The notes below the pieces were generated by a model. The model was given only the letters and a program-made list of their open reading frames with translations, did no database searches and was not told the origin of the DNA. From Eutreptiella sp. 'Long Island Sound 2002' (lineage: Eukaryota; Protista; Euglenida), in the NCBI GenBank assembly GCA_964036045.1, contig OZ038379.1:31248001-31312000 (forward strand): a DNA stretch of 64,000 bases, read 5' to 3'. Positions 1 through 11,451 of the stretch are shown here, one piece after another (positions within the stretch are counted from its first letter, which is position 1; each line of letters opens with the position of its first letter). The translations under genes were made by a program, and so were the position numbers.

Positions 1-753
1 GCCTCTCCTGCTACTTGCTGCTGGTGTAGGGTTCCTGCTGCTTGTTTTTGATGAGGAAAATGTTTTATTGTTGAAATACAACCAATCCAGGATAACCCAA
101 GCCAGAGATAAGCAAGTAGAAGATAAGCATGAATCAAAGCATGAAGGGCTGCAACCACAAAGAGTTAGATAAAGACAAATATCAACAATAGACCACAGCA
201 ATTAACATACATTGCAACTCAGGATGAAATATTTTACATGTTTGAGAAAAACTGATTGAAAAACTGGCCCATGGGCTCTCACTCTTCCATAGTGCCATCT
301 TGAGATGTGCACTCTTTGTTTTTGGGTCCCATAGGTGCTGAGCTGGCATGGCTTGTGGCGCTGAGGTCACTGCCATGTCACATGGGATATTCCTACTTAG
401 CTAGGCTGACTGGGTATTGAACCCAGGACCTCTTAAAAAGAGGTGCCCCAGCCCCCTAGGGTGCATACCACTAGGATAGCTAAGAATTCATGAGAAAACA
501 TAGATAAATTCATAGGCTCTGCCTTCAGTATATCAGTGCCTCAGTCACCCAGGAAAAGATGTTTTAGTGCATATAACTTGGGGATTAAGGGGTCCACACC
601 ACATCCTGATTTAGTGTTTGGTTCCATAGGTCAAAATGTGTTATCACCCATTTTGGTTAGGCCAAGACTAAGATAAAAATGCAAGAGTGCTTAGAGCACC
701 TCTAATACAATTAAAGTATACCCTAAAGCATTGGAAAAGCACTTTTTCGTACT
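1..753 (-). repeat. 3' LTR (truncated by the window start)
   Basis: Aligns ungapped to 10699-11451 with 13 substitutions in 753 bp by manual count (~98.3%). Similarity ends at ...TTTTTCGTACT. Confidence 0.95.
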
Positions 754-761
754 CCCCCCTT
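754..761 (-). promoter_or_regulatory. Polypurine tract (AAGGGGGG) abutting the 3' LTR
   Basis: Plus strand reads CCCCCCTT immediately inside the LTR boundary at 753. Confidence 0.75.
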
Positions 762-3214
762 GCGCTGTGGTGGCCACCACTGTCGCATTTTCAGGAAAAA
801 GGGATTTTTTCTTGGCCTTTCCTTGGTTTCCACACCTACTTTAAAATACCTATAGCTTCCCTAACACTAGAAAAGAGCGCTTTACCATGGCCAGCGACTC
901 TTGCTGCAATGTTCATGACAATTTCCAACAGAAAACTCAGCGCTCTCGGCGCTGTAGGGGTTACTGTGGCTTGGTGGGGTTAGCATAGGGCATGCAAAGA
1001 CCATATGAGTATGCATCCCTCCCTCCAAGCTGCAGCGTAACACAACCCAGCGCCAGACGCTAATAGGACGCTCGATCTAAGTCTCATGGAACCTGATGGA
1101 GACACCTGTCCTGGTACTGGGGCGAGGGTTCGACGATCAAATTAGAATGGCCCCTTGGAGGGGTCTTGGTTCTGGTTCAGTCTCCTGCTGCTGCTTTTCG
1201 GCCCGAAAAGCGGCCTACTCAGCGAGACTTTGCGAGGATATCTGTACAACAGAGGAATGGAAGGATGAGAGACGAATCCACGCAAACGCGAAGCGACAAC
1301 ACCTAAATCCGTTAAGGGACGGCCTAGAATTTTTCTGAAAGCACATACCTGAACAGAATCCAATTGTGCATCAGATGCACATTTTTATAAAATTTGTAGT
1401 CATTTCTTGATTTTTTAAATCAAGAAATTCCCACGCAGAAAAAGGCGGCGCGCAGGAGCGGGTCTTAGCGAAGCGCCGGAAAATAAAGAATTAATAAGAT
1501 TATAAACGTATGTTACGTATAATGACAAAAATGACGAGACGTACATTAATAAATAAACATAAAGATCTCACCCACACTGACAGAAAGAATCAAAATTCCA
1601 AGAATTCCAAAATCAAAGAAAAGACTTCAATGAATCAGGTATAAACCATAGGTGTGCTCGTCTCGTATGCAGCATGCACATTGCTCGTCTCGTGTGTCCG
1701 TGAACGTGCCTTGTAGCAGCGCTAACAAACGATAGAGGGCTAGATTAAAAAGCTTGCAGGTGATTAGAGGTGAGATTAGAGAAAACACAGATGGCCTTCG
1801 GCCAGGGAGTTGTTGTCACGGGGGGCTAACGGTCCTGCCCTGCGGTGCAATGCGGGGCAACCGTGACAACTGCTCTTATAGCACAACCACCCTTTTTGTT
1901 GCACTGATTAGAACATACACACTTATGCATAGCGTCGCGTCTCGCTTGTGCTTCGCTTTTTCCCTCACCTTGCTTCACTCTCCAGCGGTAGGTAAGGTAG
2001 GTAAGCCCAGGTGGGGCCACCCCCTGGTGGAGTTCGTGATTGTGGGTAAGATTAGGAGGAAAGAGAAAAATTGATCAAGGTTGACAGGCTGGAAAACTCG
2101 TGCATGCTCGTGCATTCACACACGCATTAAAGGGTAGGCCACGCGTGGTGCGCTCGGTACAACCCTCGTTTAGGTTACCCAGGGGCTCCACCCCACGTTC
2201 TATAAGAGAACGGGTGGAGTTCCTTAAGCTTGCTTGCTTGTACTGAGGTTTGAGGACAGTGTATTATAGGGCTACCTAAGAAGCGTATAATACGTGGAGG
2301 TAGTCTTGGTTCCTCACCCGCAAACCTCAGTCATTTGCCTTTGCTTTACAGGTGGGTAGGTCAGGGTGATTGGTGCAGCAGCGAATGATTTTTTTCATGC
2401 CCTGCTAAACAAGGGCGCTGATCACACAAACAAATAACTCCGCCTCTGCCTGTGGCAGAGCAGGGAGTCCGACTCCATCAACAAATGCGCTATGCACGCC
2501 AAAGAGCACTCCTTCCCTCCAAGCCCTAGCAAGGAAACGCGTTGTGGCGTCCCTGTTAGGCCACAGACGCTTAGTAGCTCTGTGTTTTCTCGCAATCTCA
2601 CAGGTGAGCCGCTAGGGCTCGTGACTTCTCCTTCAACGCCACCCAGTAGAGCGTGCGTGTAGGAGTGGTAGTCGTGAGTGGGGGCTTGAGCCAGTTGCAG
2701 AAGTGCTCGCCCACCAGGATGGTGCCACTATAGGGTGTGTAGGACCTGTAGTGCGTATGTCACTGTCCCACCCTTTTCCTGCAATTTTAGCGGGGTTGGT
2801 GGGCAGTGGCAGTGGTTAGGCTAGATTTTGGCCATCGTAGCAAATAGGGGTTTTCAAGCCTTCATAGCTTGTGGCCACCCCTCCCCTGTAGTAGGCAGAT
2901 AGGTAGGGAAAGCAATACCTGGATTAGTATGCTGGGTATTCCCCCAAGGTTTTGCGCCAGCACAGAAATTGGGCGCTTAGGGGAGGAGAGACCCGGGGCG
3001 TACCCCGTGGCACCGGTAAGACATCCTCCAGGTTTAGCAAGCGTGCAGACTTGGGTATAATCAGGACACCATTTCTGCGGCTTGCTCTCAGGACCTTAGG
3101 AGTAGCACACTCACACATACGCTTAGGCAGGTAAGGGTAAGGTTCAGTCCCCAGCTTTAGTCTTGGAGGCAAGCGTCTCAGCGAGCCTCAGCAACTCACC
3201 AAGGTTGTTCTGGG

Positions 3215-3374
3215 ACAAGTAGTCTACCAGAACTGAGTTTAGGCGTCCCTCAGGTAGAACAAACGCTGAGAAGGGCTCCCAGGTGGCCTCTTCGACTCCA
3301 AACCCTTCCCAGAGGGTGAGGAAGCGCCAACCCTGGCGATAGCGGTGGCGTAGGACAGACTTCACGAGGTAGAA
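3215..3374 (-). other. Chromodomain at the integrase C-terminus
   Basis: FYLVKSVLRHRYRQGWRFLTLWEGFGVEEATWEPFSAF matches the chromodomain pattern (Y.V..I........YLVKW.G......TWEP). Confidence 0.88.
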
Positions 3375-6300
3375 GCCCTCCTTAGCCATCTCCTTGGCGT
3401 TCATGTCGGGGAGGTCCCCTTCAACTTCCATGGGGCTGGCAGCCCCTTGTAGGTCTAAGGCGGCGATTTCCTCGTCGTTCAGCTCCCACTCCTCCCCACA
3501 GAGGTCTTCATGATCATAGTAGCGCTTCAGGTGTTGAGCAGCGCACACCAGGGTCCCCCCTAGACGGGGAGAACACCGCACTGTTATACGGTGTCCATCC
3601 ACAGATAGAATCTTGTAGGGCCCGAAGTATGGGTCATCGCTGGTAGAGCGTGGCCAGGCGGGTAGTCGGCTGTGGTGTACCAGCACCCAGTCCCCTTCTT
3701 GGTAGGTGGCAGGTACTCGGTGCTTGTTCTTCTTGTTCCACTGACGCTCCCTCACTCTCTGGAGCATGGCCTTGGCCTTGTCCACCTTCGCTTGTTGCTC
3801 TTGGACCCACTCACCCACAGAAGAATGGGTATCCTCTGGATAGGGAGCATGTAGGAACCACGCCGGGCGCCCTAGGAATAGCTCATGGGGCGAGTAGCCA
3901 GTCGCCGAACTCTCTTGGGAGTTCATCATCAAGGATATGACGGGGAGTAGTCTCACCCAGCCTCTGGTGCGTTCAGTTTTGCACCATATCCTTATATTCT
4001 CCTTGAGGACACGAATCCGTCGCTCACATAGGGGGTTGCTCGTGTGAGAGTAGGGGATCCCCGTAGACACTTGGACATTGAGGGATCTCAGGACCCTCTT
4101 GTACCAGCCGGTATCTGAGCGTACTCGTACGTCCTCATCGGAGTTGATCTCTTTGGGCGCCCCATAGACACAAAACCACTCCTCCAGGAGTATCTTGATA
4201 GTGTCCTCCCCGGTAATGTGCTTGGTACATGGGAACTACCTGGTAAACCTGGTCAACCCACAGGTTACCACGAGGGCGAAGTCATAGCCCCCGAACTTCG
4301 GCATCTCCGTGTAGTCCACGTAGAGAACACTGTTAGCATAGTGAGGGATGGGCAGGGTCGAGTAGAGACCCCTGTCCTTGATATCCCCCGGTTTGCAGGA
4401 CCTACACGGGCACTTGTCCACGATAGGCTTGAGGGTCTTCCGCAGCTGGTCATCAGTCCACGTAGTGTGGAACCACTGCTTGAATAGCCTGAGGGTACGG
4501 TCAGCACCCACATGACCGCTGGACTCATGGGTCCACTTCAGCAGCCCTGGGACTCTGTCACTGGGTACCACGATGCGGTCCTCGTGCCAGAGGTAGCTCT
4601 TGTCCCTCTTCCACTGTTCTTGGTTGACCAGGAGGGGTTCAAGGCGTTTCTCCAGGCGCTTGTAGATATCCCCACACTCCTTCAGGTACTCCGCTTGTTG
4701 GAGTCCATCTAGGGGGCGTATCATAGTCATGTTGAGGTCCAAGTGCACGTCCATACGGCTGAACGCCTCCTTAGCCAGCGCTTCAGACCGGGCACCAATC
4801 AGGGCGTCGAAGTTGCTGCGGCTGATGTAGTATGCACACTCGTTCTTCACTCCCTGGATATGGTGTACCGTCAGCCGTAGTTGGCTGAGGTAGGTCCACC
4901 AGCGCCGTAGCTTGGCCTTCTCAGGTCGGGGACCCTTCTGGAAAGTGCGGACCGGCTCTTGGTCGCACAGCCAAACCACGGGGTTACTCCCCAACAGTTG
5001 TGCCCGAGAGGATAGCATCAGCATACCCGCGAGCAATTCCTGCTCATAGGTGGAGTAGTTCCCCCTGGCCTGGTTCCATTTCAAGTTCCAGTGGCCCGGG
5101 GGTACTAGGACCCACTTGTCGTCAGGGTAGCTGTGCTTGAGAGTTCCATCTCGGTTGAGACCTTCAGTCCCCCATTGGGAAATAGCCGAGTCGAACTCCT
5201 CCTTCTCTAGTGCTTGCCATTGGAACAACGTTCCACCACCGCCCACATTGCTGGCGTCAGTCACCAGGATAATCTCCCCTTGTGCTCTAGGCACGCCCAA
5301 GCACTTAGCGTTGGCCACCTTATCTTTGAGCTCGTCAAACGCTTGTTGCTCTTGTGGGCCCCAGCGCCAAGTAGTACTCTTCTTGATCAGGTCCGTCAGA
5401 ATGGCGCTGGTGTAGGTGAAGTTTTTCATATGGCAGCGGTAGAAGTTGCACGCCCCAATGAAACTGCGTACATCATGAAGTCCTTTCTAGGGGTCTTCGT
5501 GTCGTACCTTAGCGTCCATCAGGGGTTTGGCCTTAGAGGCCGCTGCGGTCCACCACCCATAGCCAACGTCAAACCCCAGGTACTGCATGGTCTCGTGCAT
5601 GAACTCACACTTCTCCAGCTTGAGTCGTGTGTGGTTCTCTTGGCAGACCGCAAAGAACTCACCCAAGAGGATTAGGTGATCCTCCTGGGTATTGGTCCCG
5701 AGGCATACATCGTCGATGTGTGCTTCCGTCTAGGCCCCACGGGATATGAGTTCTTGCACCTTAGGTTTTCGTCGTAGGATGGACAGGATCTTGTTCATTA
5801 GCTCTTGAAAAACAGCAGGTGCGTTGGCCACGCCAAAGGGCATGACCTTCCACTTGAACACCCTCCCCTGAGGGGTGATGAAGGCGAGTAGTTCCTGGGC
5901 GTTGGGCGTCAGGTCCACCTGCCAAAATCCACTTCTCTTGTCCATCTTGGTCTTGTAGCGACAGGAGGCTATCTTCTCAAGGGTAGACTCCATATTAGGA
6001 ATGGACCCTGAGTGGTTCAGCGTTTTCTTGTTCAGCTCTCCGTAGTCCACTACCAGCCGTTTGGCTGTAGACCCAGGTTTAGCCACCAGGAAACAGGGGC
6101 TGCAGTGTTGGGGGTAGTCCCCGTCCTTGTACTCCAGGACTAGGCGAGCGTCGATACATTCTTGTATCTGTCGCTCAATCTCGTCGGCCTGCTCTTTAGG
6201 AGCCGGATAGGGTCTGCTCCGGATCTTGTGACCCACGAACTCGGGTTTCAGCTTGAGGTCCATCTGTACCAGCTTGTCACATGAGGCTGGGGGTGGTAGT

Positions 6301-7189
6301 TCTCCGAACACCTCCAGATAGGTCCTTATAAGCTTCTGCACCCGCGGGTCCAATAGCTTGATCTTGTCATCCATGTCCTCGTCAGAGTGTAAGTAGCTTG
6401 CCCCGTGAGTAATAGACGTCGGGAGGTGATCCTCCACCGACTCTTCGCCCTTGGTAGTATCCTTCAACCCTTGGTAGGCATAAAGTAGGTCTCGTTCAAC
6501 CATCTCCGGTGGACGATGGCAACATAGGCACGCTCGAGGGGGTTCACATACACATTCCTCCGAGAGGTCGTGCTCCTCTGGGGTCCTCACATGGGCACCC
6601 CACACGCTCTTCATGAGCTTAAGATCTACCTCCCTTTGCCAGGTGGTGATCTTCTGTTCGAGGTCCTCCTTCAATTGGGATAGACCTCCCATACGTCCTT
6701 GCTTCAGTGGCCATGAGCTGCGGGTAGGCTTAGCGTAGCATAGCTTTTTCGCCACCAACCTCCTATTGGAGTCCACGTACTCTCTTAGCCTAGATCGGGG
6801 ATCCAGCTCCTTGTCCACGGGGTCTTCCACCCTCATGGAGAGTAGGGGTTTCAGTGGGGCGACGTACTCGGCGTTCTCCACTTCCTCCACACATGTCTGC
6901 ACGAAGAAGGCGTCATGCTCAGTTTCGTCATCTGAGTGGATAGGGCTGGGGAGCTCGGATAGTCCATACTCAGAGACTCCATCGGGAACAGGTACACGGC
7001 ATGGAGAGTGGGGAGCATTGGTGTTAGTCACGTCGTATTCATCTTCCCCGGGTATAGTCTCAATAGAATCTTGAGGTCGTAGTCGATCTTTCAAGTCGCC
7101 CAGGGTAAGTCCATCGCTTTCTCGTTGTATAGCCTGGACCAGAGTCCAGTCCAGGTCCTCCCAGGGGATGGAGGTAAGACCTCCGTCCA

Positions 7190-7560
7190 CCACGCTGAGC
7201 ATACTTCCCCATCCGGGTTTCCCGATGGGCGTCTTACGCCCCAGAGGCACATATATGGCCTCATCAGGTAACCGAACAGAGCTGATAGTCAGCCTGTCCA
7301 AGAGGGTTCGCCAGTACTCGTTGCCCCATGGGCTCCCCAATCGGGGGAACACAGGACCATACGGGAACGTTCCAGGGCCACCTTGGTCAAGACCTTCCCC
7401 ATTTCACTAAACCTGGGGTTCCCGTAGGCCATCTCGAAAGAGGGCCAGTAAAATTTGTAGCTGCAGTTTTTCCCCTTGCTGCAGTAAAGGTCCAAGACAT
7501 GTTGCTTGTCGCTAGCGAACAACTCCACACTCAGGTCTTCCCTGGAGTAACCCAACTCCT
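7190..7560 (-). other. Putative DNA N6-adenine methyltransferase domain (DIRS/phage Dam-like) inside pol
   Basis: After repairing a 1-bp deletion the segment reads SVELFAS..YCS..YW..YGNPRFSEMGKVLTKV..MVLCSPDW..EYWRTLL..LP. This follows the DIRS MT pattern DLFAS..Y.S..W..YAFPPF..V..K..LI.P.W..W..L. Confidence 0.72.
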
Positions 7561-8074
7561 TCAGACCTTGGTCTAGGACTTCCCCCAATAGTTGATAGTC
7601 CTCAGTTTTGGAGGCCGCCATCATGTTCGAGGGCTCCTCCTTCGATACCCTCAGGTAGCTCGAGGTGTGCTCCGACTGCTCCAGTGGCACGGACTCTCTG
7701 ATATTGCCGTGGTCCACGTAGAGGAGGTAGGGCGCTTGCAGCGCCAGGGATTGTATCTGGGAGTGCTGCACGAAGAAGTCAGTCCCCAATACAAAGTCGA
7801 AGGCCTCAGTGTCCATCACATAGAACCGATGGGCGATAGTTCGGGAGCCCATTGGTACCTCCACTTCACACTCCCCGCAGCTGTGCACCACATGTCCATC
7901 CCCCATTCGTATAGCCGCGGTGGTCATGGTGTTCTTCAGGCTCCCACCAGGTAAAATTTTCTTGGCCATTATAGATATGGTGGCTCCAGTATCCAATACC
8001 CCCAGGTATTCACGTCCCCCTAGTCGGATACGTACCCAGAACACCAGGTCCAGGGCCCCACCGGAGAGACCCCG

Positions 8075-10600
8075 TCACAACTCCGCGGGACAGGTCACCT
8101 CGAACCCCTTGTTCCGGAATTTGCGGGCGATCCTCATGAAACGGCTTCTCTTCTTAGCGTTGCCGTCATCACCACCTTCATGCTCACGCTTGGCCCCTTG
8201 TTCTCGCTAGGCCTGAGTTTGCGAGCGTGTGGTAGGACCAGACTGCCCTCGAAAGGGCTCGGAGTTCCCCCCCCGATTAGGGTTGGGGTTGCCTCCGTTC
8301 TTGCCCGGGTTCTTGTTGTCCTTGTCTGGCTGGCGGTTAGCGCCTCCTCCTCGTCCACCTTGCCTCTTGTCTTGTCCTTTTCCACGTCCTTTCGACTCGC
8401 CCTTGCCGGAGTCGTTGCCGTTGCCCTTGCCACCGCCCTTGCGAGAGCCTTTGCCAGGATCCTCGCCCTTCAGCTTCGCCGACAGGCGCTGCTTGTGGTA
8501 GCACTCATCCTCATAGTGCTTCCTCTTTCCACAGAAGGCACAGGTGATAGTACACCTCTAGCGATCCGGCATCTTAGCCTTGGCGCCGGTGTTGGTCTCC
8601 TGCTTCTTCCCTTGGACTACGAAGCAGTCTCGCTGCTCGCAGGCAGGGGCGTGCTGCAAGTGGCCACGCTCGTCTCTGGCGTCACACCAGAGGAGCTCCT
8701 TGACATTGTCCATGATACGGGCGTGCTTGGGGGTAGTCCCCTGTCCAGATCTGGGTCCTTGGTACCCTTTGCCATGGCTTCCAGAGCCTCCTCCTCCAGG
8801 ACGGTAGGCGTTCAGGTGCCGGTCGCTTTCTTTCTCCGGCGCCAGCTCCAAGAGTAGCACAGACAAATCCTCGTAGTTGAGGGCTCTAGCCTTGCGTTCT
8901 GCCGTTGACCGGCACTCGTCCCACAGCTCCCGAGGGAGCTTAGCCACCAACCAGAAAAGCAGGTCGTCGCTGCTGCAGGAACCGGGCGTCAATCGTCCAG
9001 CCCAGTGATCCAGGTCAGCCAGTAGCTCAGAGACCCTGGCAGGTTTGGGGTTGTTGGGCAGCACGGCCATGTTCTGGATCTCGGCCTTGATGGAGAGGTC
9101 GGTTTCGTAGGTAGGGTACTGCCTCTCCAAGGCAACCAACAGGTCGGCAAAGGTGGCAGACTTCGTCACGATCTGCTTGACCTGCTTCTCCAGGTACTTG
9201 GTCTTGCAGCACTGCAGGAGCAGATCACACTTGACTCGCCCACTAGCATGGGTTTGGCCGGTCATTCGGAGGAACCGGCCAAAATTCTCAGCAAACTCGC
9301 TGAGATCCTTGCCTGTGAACTCAGGCAAGTTCCCCACGATCTTGGAGGTGGCAATGGCCTTAGTCTCCTGAGACCTGCGTCGCTCAAGGCGCCTGGTCTT
9401 CCTCTTCTTCTTCTTCTTCCGCCCACTCGGGTTGTCGGGGTCCTGAGGGTCGTCGTCCTCCAAGGGCGAAGCAGAAGTCATGGACGGCGGCTCATCGTCA
9501 GAGGGGTCTCCGCCTAGGTCACTAGAGCCATAGGGCTCCACGTCAACCATTGCCCTTAGGGCTGTCAGCCCCAACCGGTCCAGCTCGGCTCTCGTGGAAT
9601 TCCCCACGTGGCTGTAGGGACGCTGGGCCGTTCTTGGTATGAAAGGGCTTCTCGGTATCACAGCAGGAGTCGGCATCGGTCGGCTCGTCAGGCTCCCCAG
9701 GGTGTTTGTCAACCCTGCCACCAGGTGGTTGGCCTGTACTCGGTGGGGTGAAACTCCCGCGATGGTAGGTGACGCTTGGGGTGGAATCAGGGGCTCCAGT
9801 TTAGCCCGAATCTCTTGAGTGAGATCACCAACAATTTTAGAGGTGGCTCCTCGGAGCGCCTCGTTGATCTCCGACCGCCTCAGGGACGTGGTGGAGGATC
9901 TCCCCGATCCTCTACTCCTGCTCCCGCATGACTCACGGCCTCTCCTCAGCCCACTCAGGGTTGCATAACCAGGAACATCCACATAGGCTCCCGTAGCGGG
10001 TAGAGGATGGTGATAGTCTGCCGCGTACCAGCGTGGCGCAGAACTGGAGGCCACTGGCTCACCGGCGGTAGTTGCCTCTGGAAACGCAGTGGTAGATGGG
10101 TCCACACCATAGGCAGGGTAGGTAGGCATACCAGTAAAGCCTGTGCCCTGAGCCATAGGCGGGGTGGTTATGGGTGTGGATGTTGCAGCGGCTGGGTCTG
10201 GAGTTGGGAGTGTGGTGGTTGTAGGAGAGGGTGATGCGTGGAGGCCAGAGGCGCTTGGTGCGCCCTCGAAGGTCGACTCACTCGTCGGGTCGTGCTCATG
10301 GTCTACTCCTTCGTCTGCCATGCTTTCTCCTGCATCCTTCTCTCTCTCCCTCTTTCTCTTCACAGGGTTGGTGTCCACCTCCTCAACTGAGAGGGCCCGG
10401 AAGGCCGACTGAAGTCCCTCCAGCGAGTCATCAACCACGTCCACTAGCCAATGTAAGGGCACCGAAGGTACTGCGCTAGGTCCAGGTCCAGGTTCACCGG
10501 GTGCTGGCATTGCTGGTGCCTGAGGCGCCGTCCTCACGTCGGTGTCCTCCTTCTTTGTGTCCATATTCGCCCTTCTTACTTGTGACAGTACTCGGCGCAC
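8075..10600 (-). pseudogene. gag with CCHC zinc knuckle
   Basis: 680-aa ORF with a capsid-like helical region (LPEFTGKDLSEF...). It continues past TAG 8558 into CAFCGKRKHYEDEC (8501-8542) and a G/K-rich tail, has a second TAG at 8207, and ends at TGA 8075-8077 in frame with the protease. Confidence 0.88.
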
Positions 10601-10645
10601 TCGATGTACGGCACGGGGTTGCTGCCGGTACGCAGAGACTGTCTG

Positions 10646-10658
10646 CCTCTTGCTACCA
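10646..10658 (-). promoter_or_regulatory. Primer-binding site, tRNA-iMet-like
   Basis: The minus strand reads TGGTAGCAAGAGG a few nt after the 5' LTR. It complements the iMet 3' end (...CCUCUGCUACCA) with one bulged base. Confidence 0.7.
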
Positions 10659-10662
10659 AAAA

Positions 10663-11451
10663 AGTTTTAAAGTGTTTTCAGCACTGTGTTTTTGTTGTGC
10701 CTCTCCTGTTGCTTGCTGCTGGTGTAGGGTTCCTGCTGCTTGTTTTTGATGAGGAAAATGTTTTATTGTTGAAATACAACCAATCCAGGATAACCCAAGC
10801 CAGAGATAAGCAAGTAGAAGATAAGCATGAATCAAAGCATGAAGGGCTGCAATCACAAAGAGTTAGATAAAGACAACTATCAACAATAGACCACAGCAAT
10901 TAACATACATTGCAACTCAGGATGAAATATTTTACATGTTTGAGAAAAACTGATTGAAAAACTGCCCCATGGGCTCTCACTCTTCCATAGTGCCGTCTTG
11001 AGATGTGCACTCTTTGTTTTTGGGTCCCATAGGTGCTGAGGTGGCATGGCTTGTGGCGCTGAGGTCACTGCCATGTCACATGGGATATTCCTACTTAGCT
11101 AGGCTGACTGGGTATTGAACCCAGGACCTCTCAAAAAGAGGTGCCCTAGCCCCCTAGGGTGCATACCACTAGGATAGCTAAGAATTCATGAGAAAACATA
11201 GATAAATTCATAGGCTCTGCCTTCGGTATATCAGTGCCTCAGTCACCCAGGAAAAGATGTTTTGGTGCATATAACTTGGGGATTAAGGGGTCCACACCAC
11301 ATCCTGATTTAGTGTTTGGTTCCATAGGTCAAAATGTGTTATCACCCATTTTGGTTAGGCCAATACTAAGATAAAAATGCAAGAGTGCTTAGAGCACCTC
11401 TAATACAACTAAAGTATACCCTAAAGCATTGGAAAAGCACTTTTTCGTACT
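10663..11451 (-). repeat. 5' LTR (~789 bp), apparent AGT...ACT termini
   Basis: Matches 1-753. The outer boundary at 11451 is defined by the alignment. The inner boundary at 10663 is inferred from the PBS position and the AGT/ACT symmetry. Confidence 0.9.

Larger units (their letters stand above)
3144..8074 (-). pseudogene. pol polyprotein: aspartic protease, N6-adenine MTase-like domain, RT, RNase H, integrase, chromodomain
   Basis: Motifs: PR LDTGA...FVLGTDF; RT RLVVDY, MPFGVANAPAVFQ, HIDD; RH TDAS...EQELLA...CDQ; IN HHCC (HESSGH...CPCRSC) with D(4316), D(4138), E(4024); chromodomain at the C-terminus. TAG stops at 5730, 5487 and 4236; frameshift near 7325; terminal TGA at 3144. Confidence 0.93.
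1..11451 (-). mobile_element. Ty3/gypsy LTR retrotransposon with chromodomain integrase (chromovirus-like) and an extra MTase-like domain; near full length, decayed
   Basis: Direct repeats 1-753 and 10699-11451 flank gag-PR-(MT)-RT-RH-IN-chromo on the minus strand. PBS and PPT lie in the expected positions. Five in-frame TAG stops and one 1-bp frameshift. The left end runs off the window, so the TSD cannot be checked. Confidence 0.95.

Noticed and set aside
182-376. Duplicated 64-aa ORF (also at 10880-11074)
   Set aside because: It lies within the LTRs and has no coding features.
4236-8560. All five premature stops in gag-pol are TAG, suggesting stop-codon reassignment
   Set aside because: The element also has a frameshift and 1.7% LTR divergence, enough to explain a few nonsense mutations. 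The positions do not clearly imply one amino acid, and other elements here have TGA lesions.
3650-10479. Numerous plus-strand ORFs over the retrotransposon
   Set aside because: They are antisense shadows of the GC-rich gag-pol frame.
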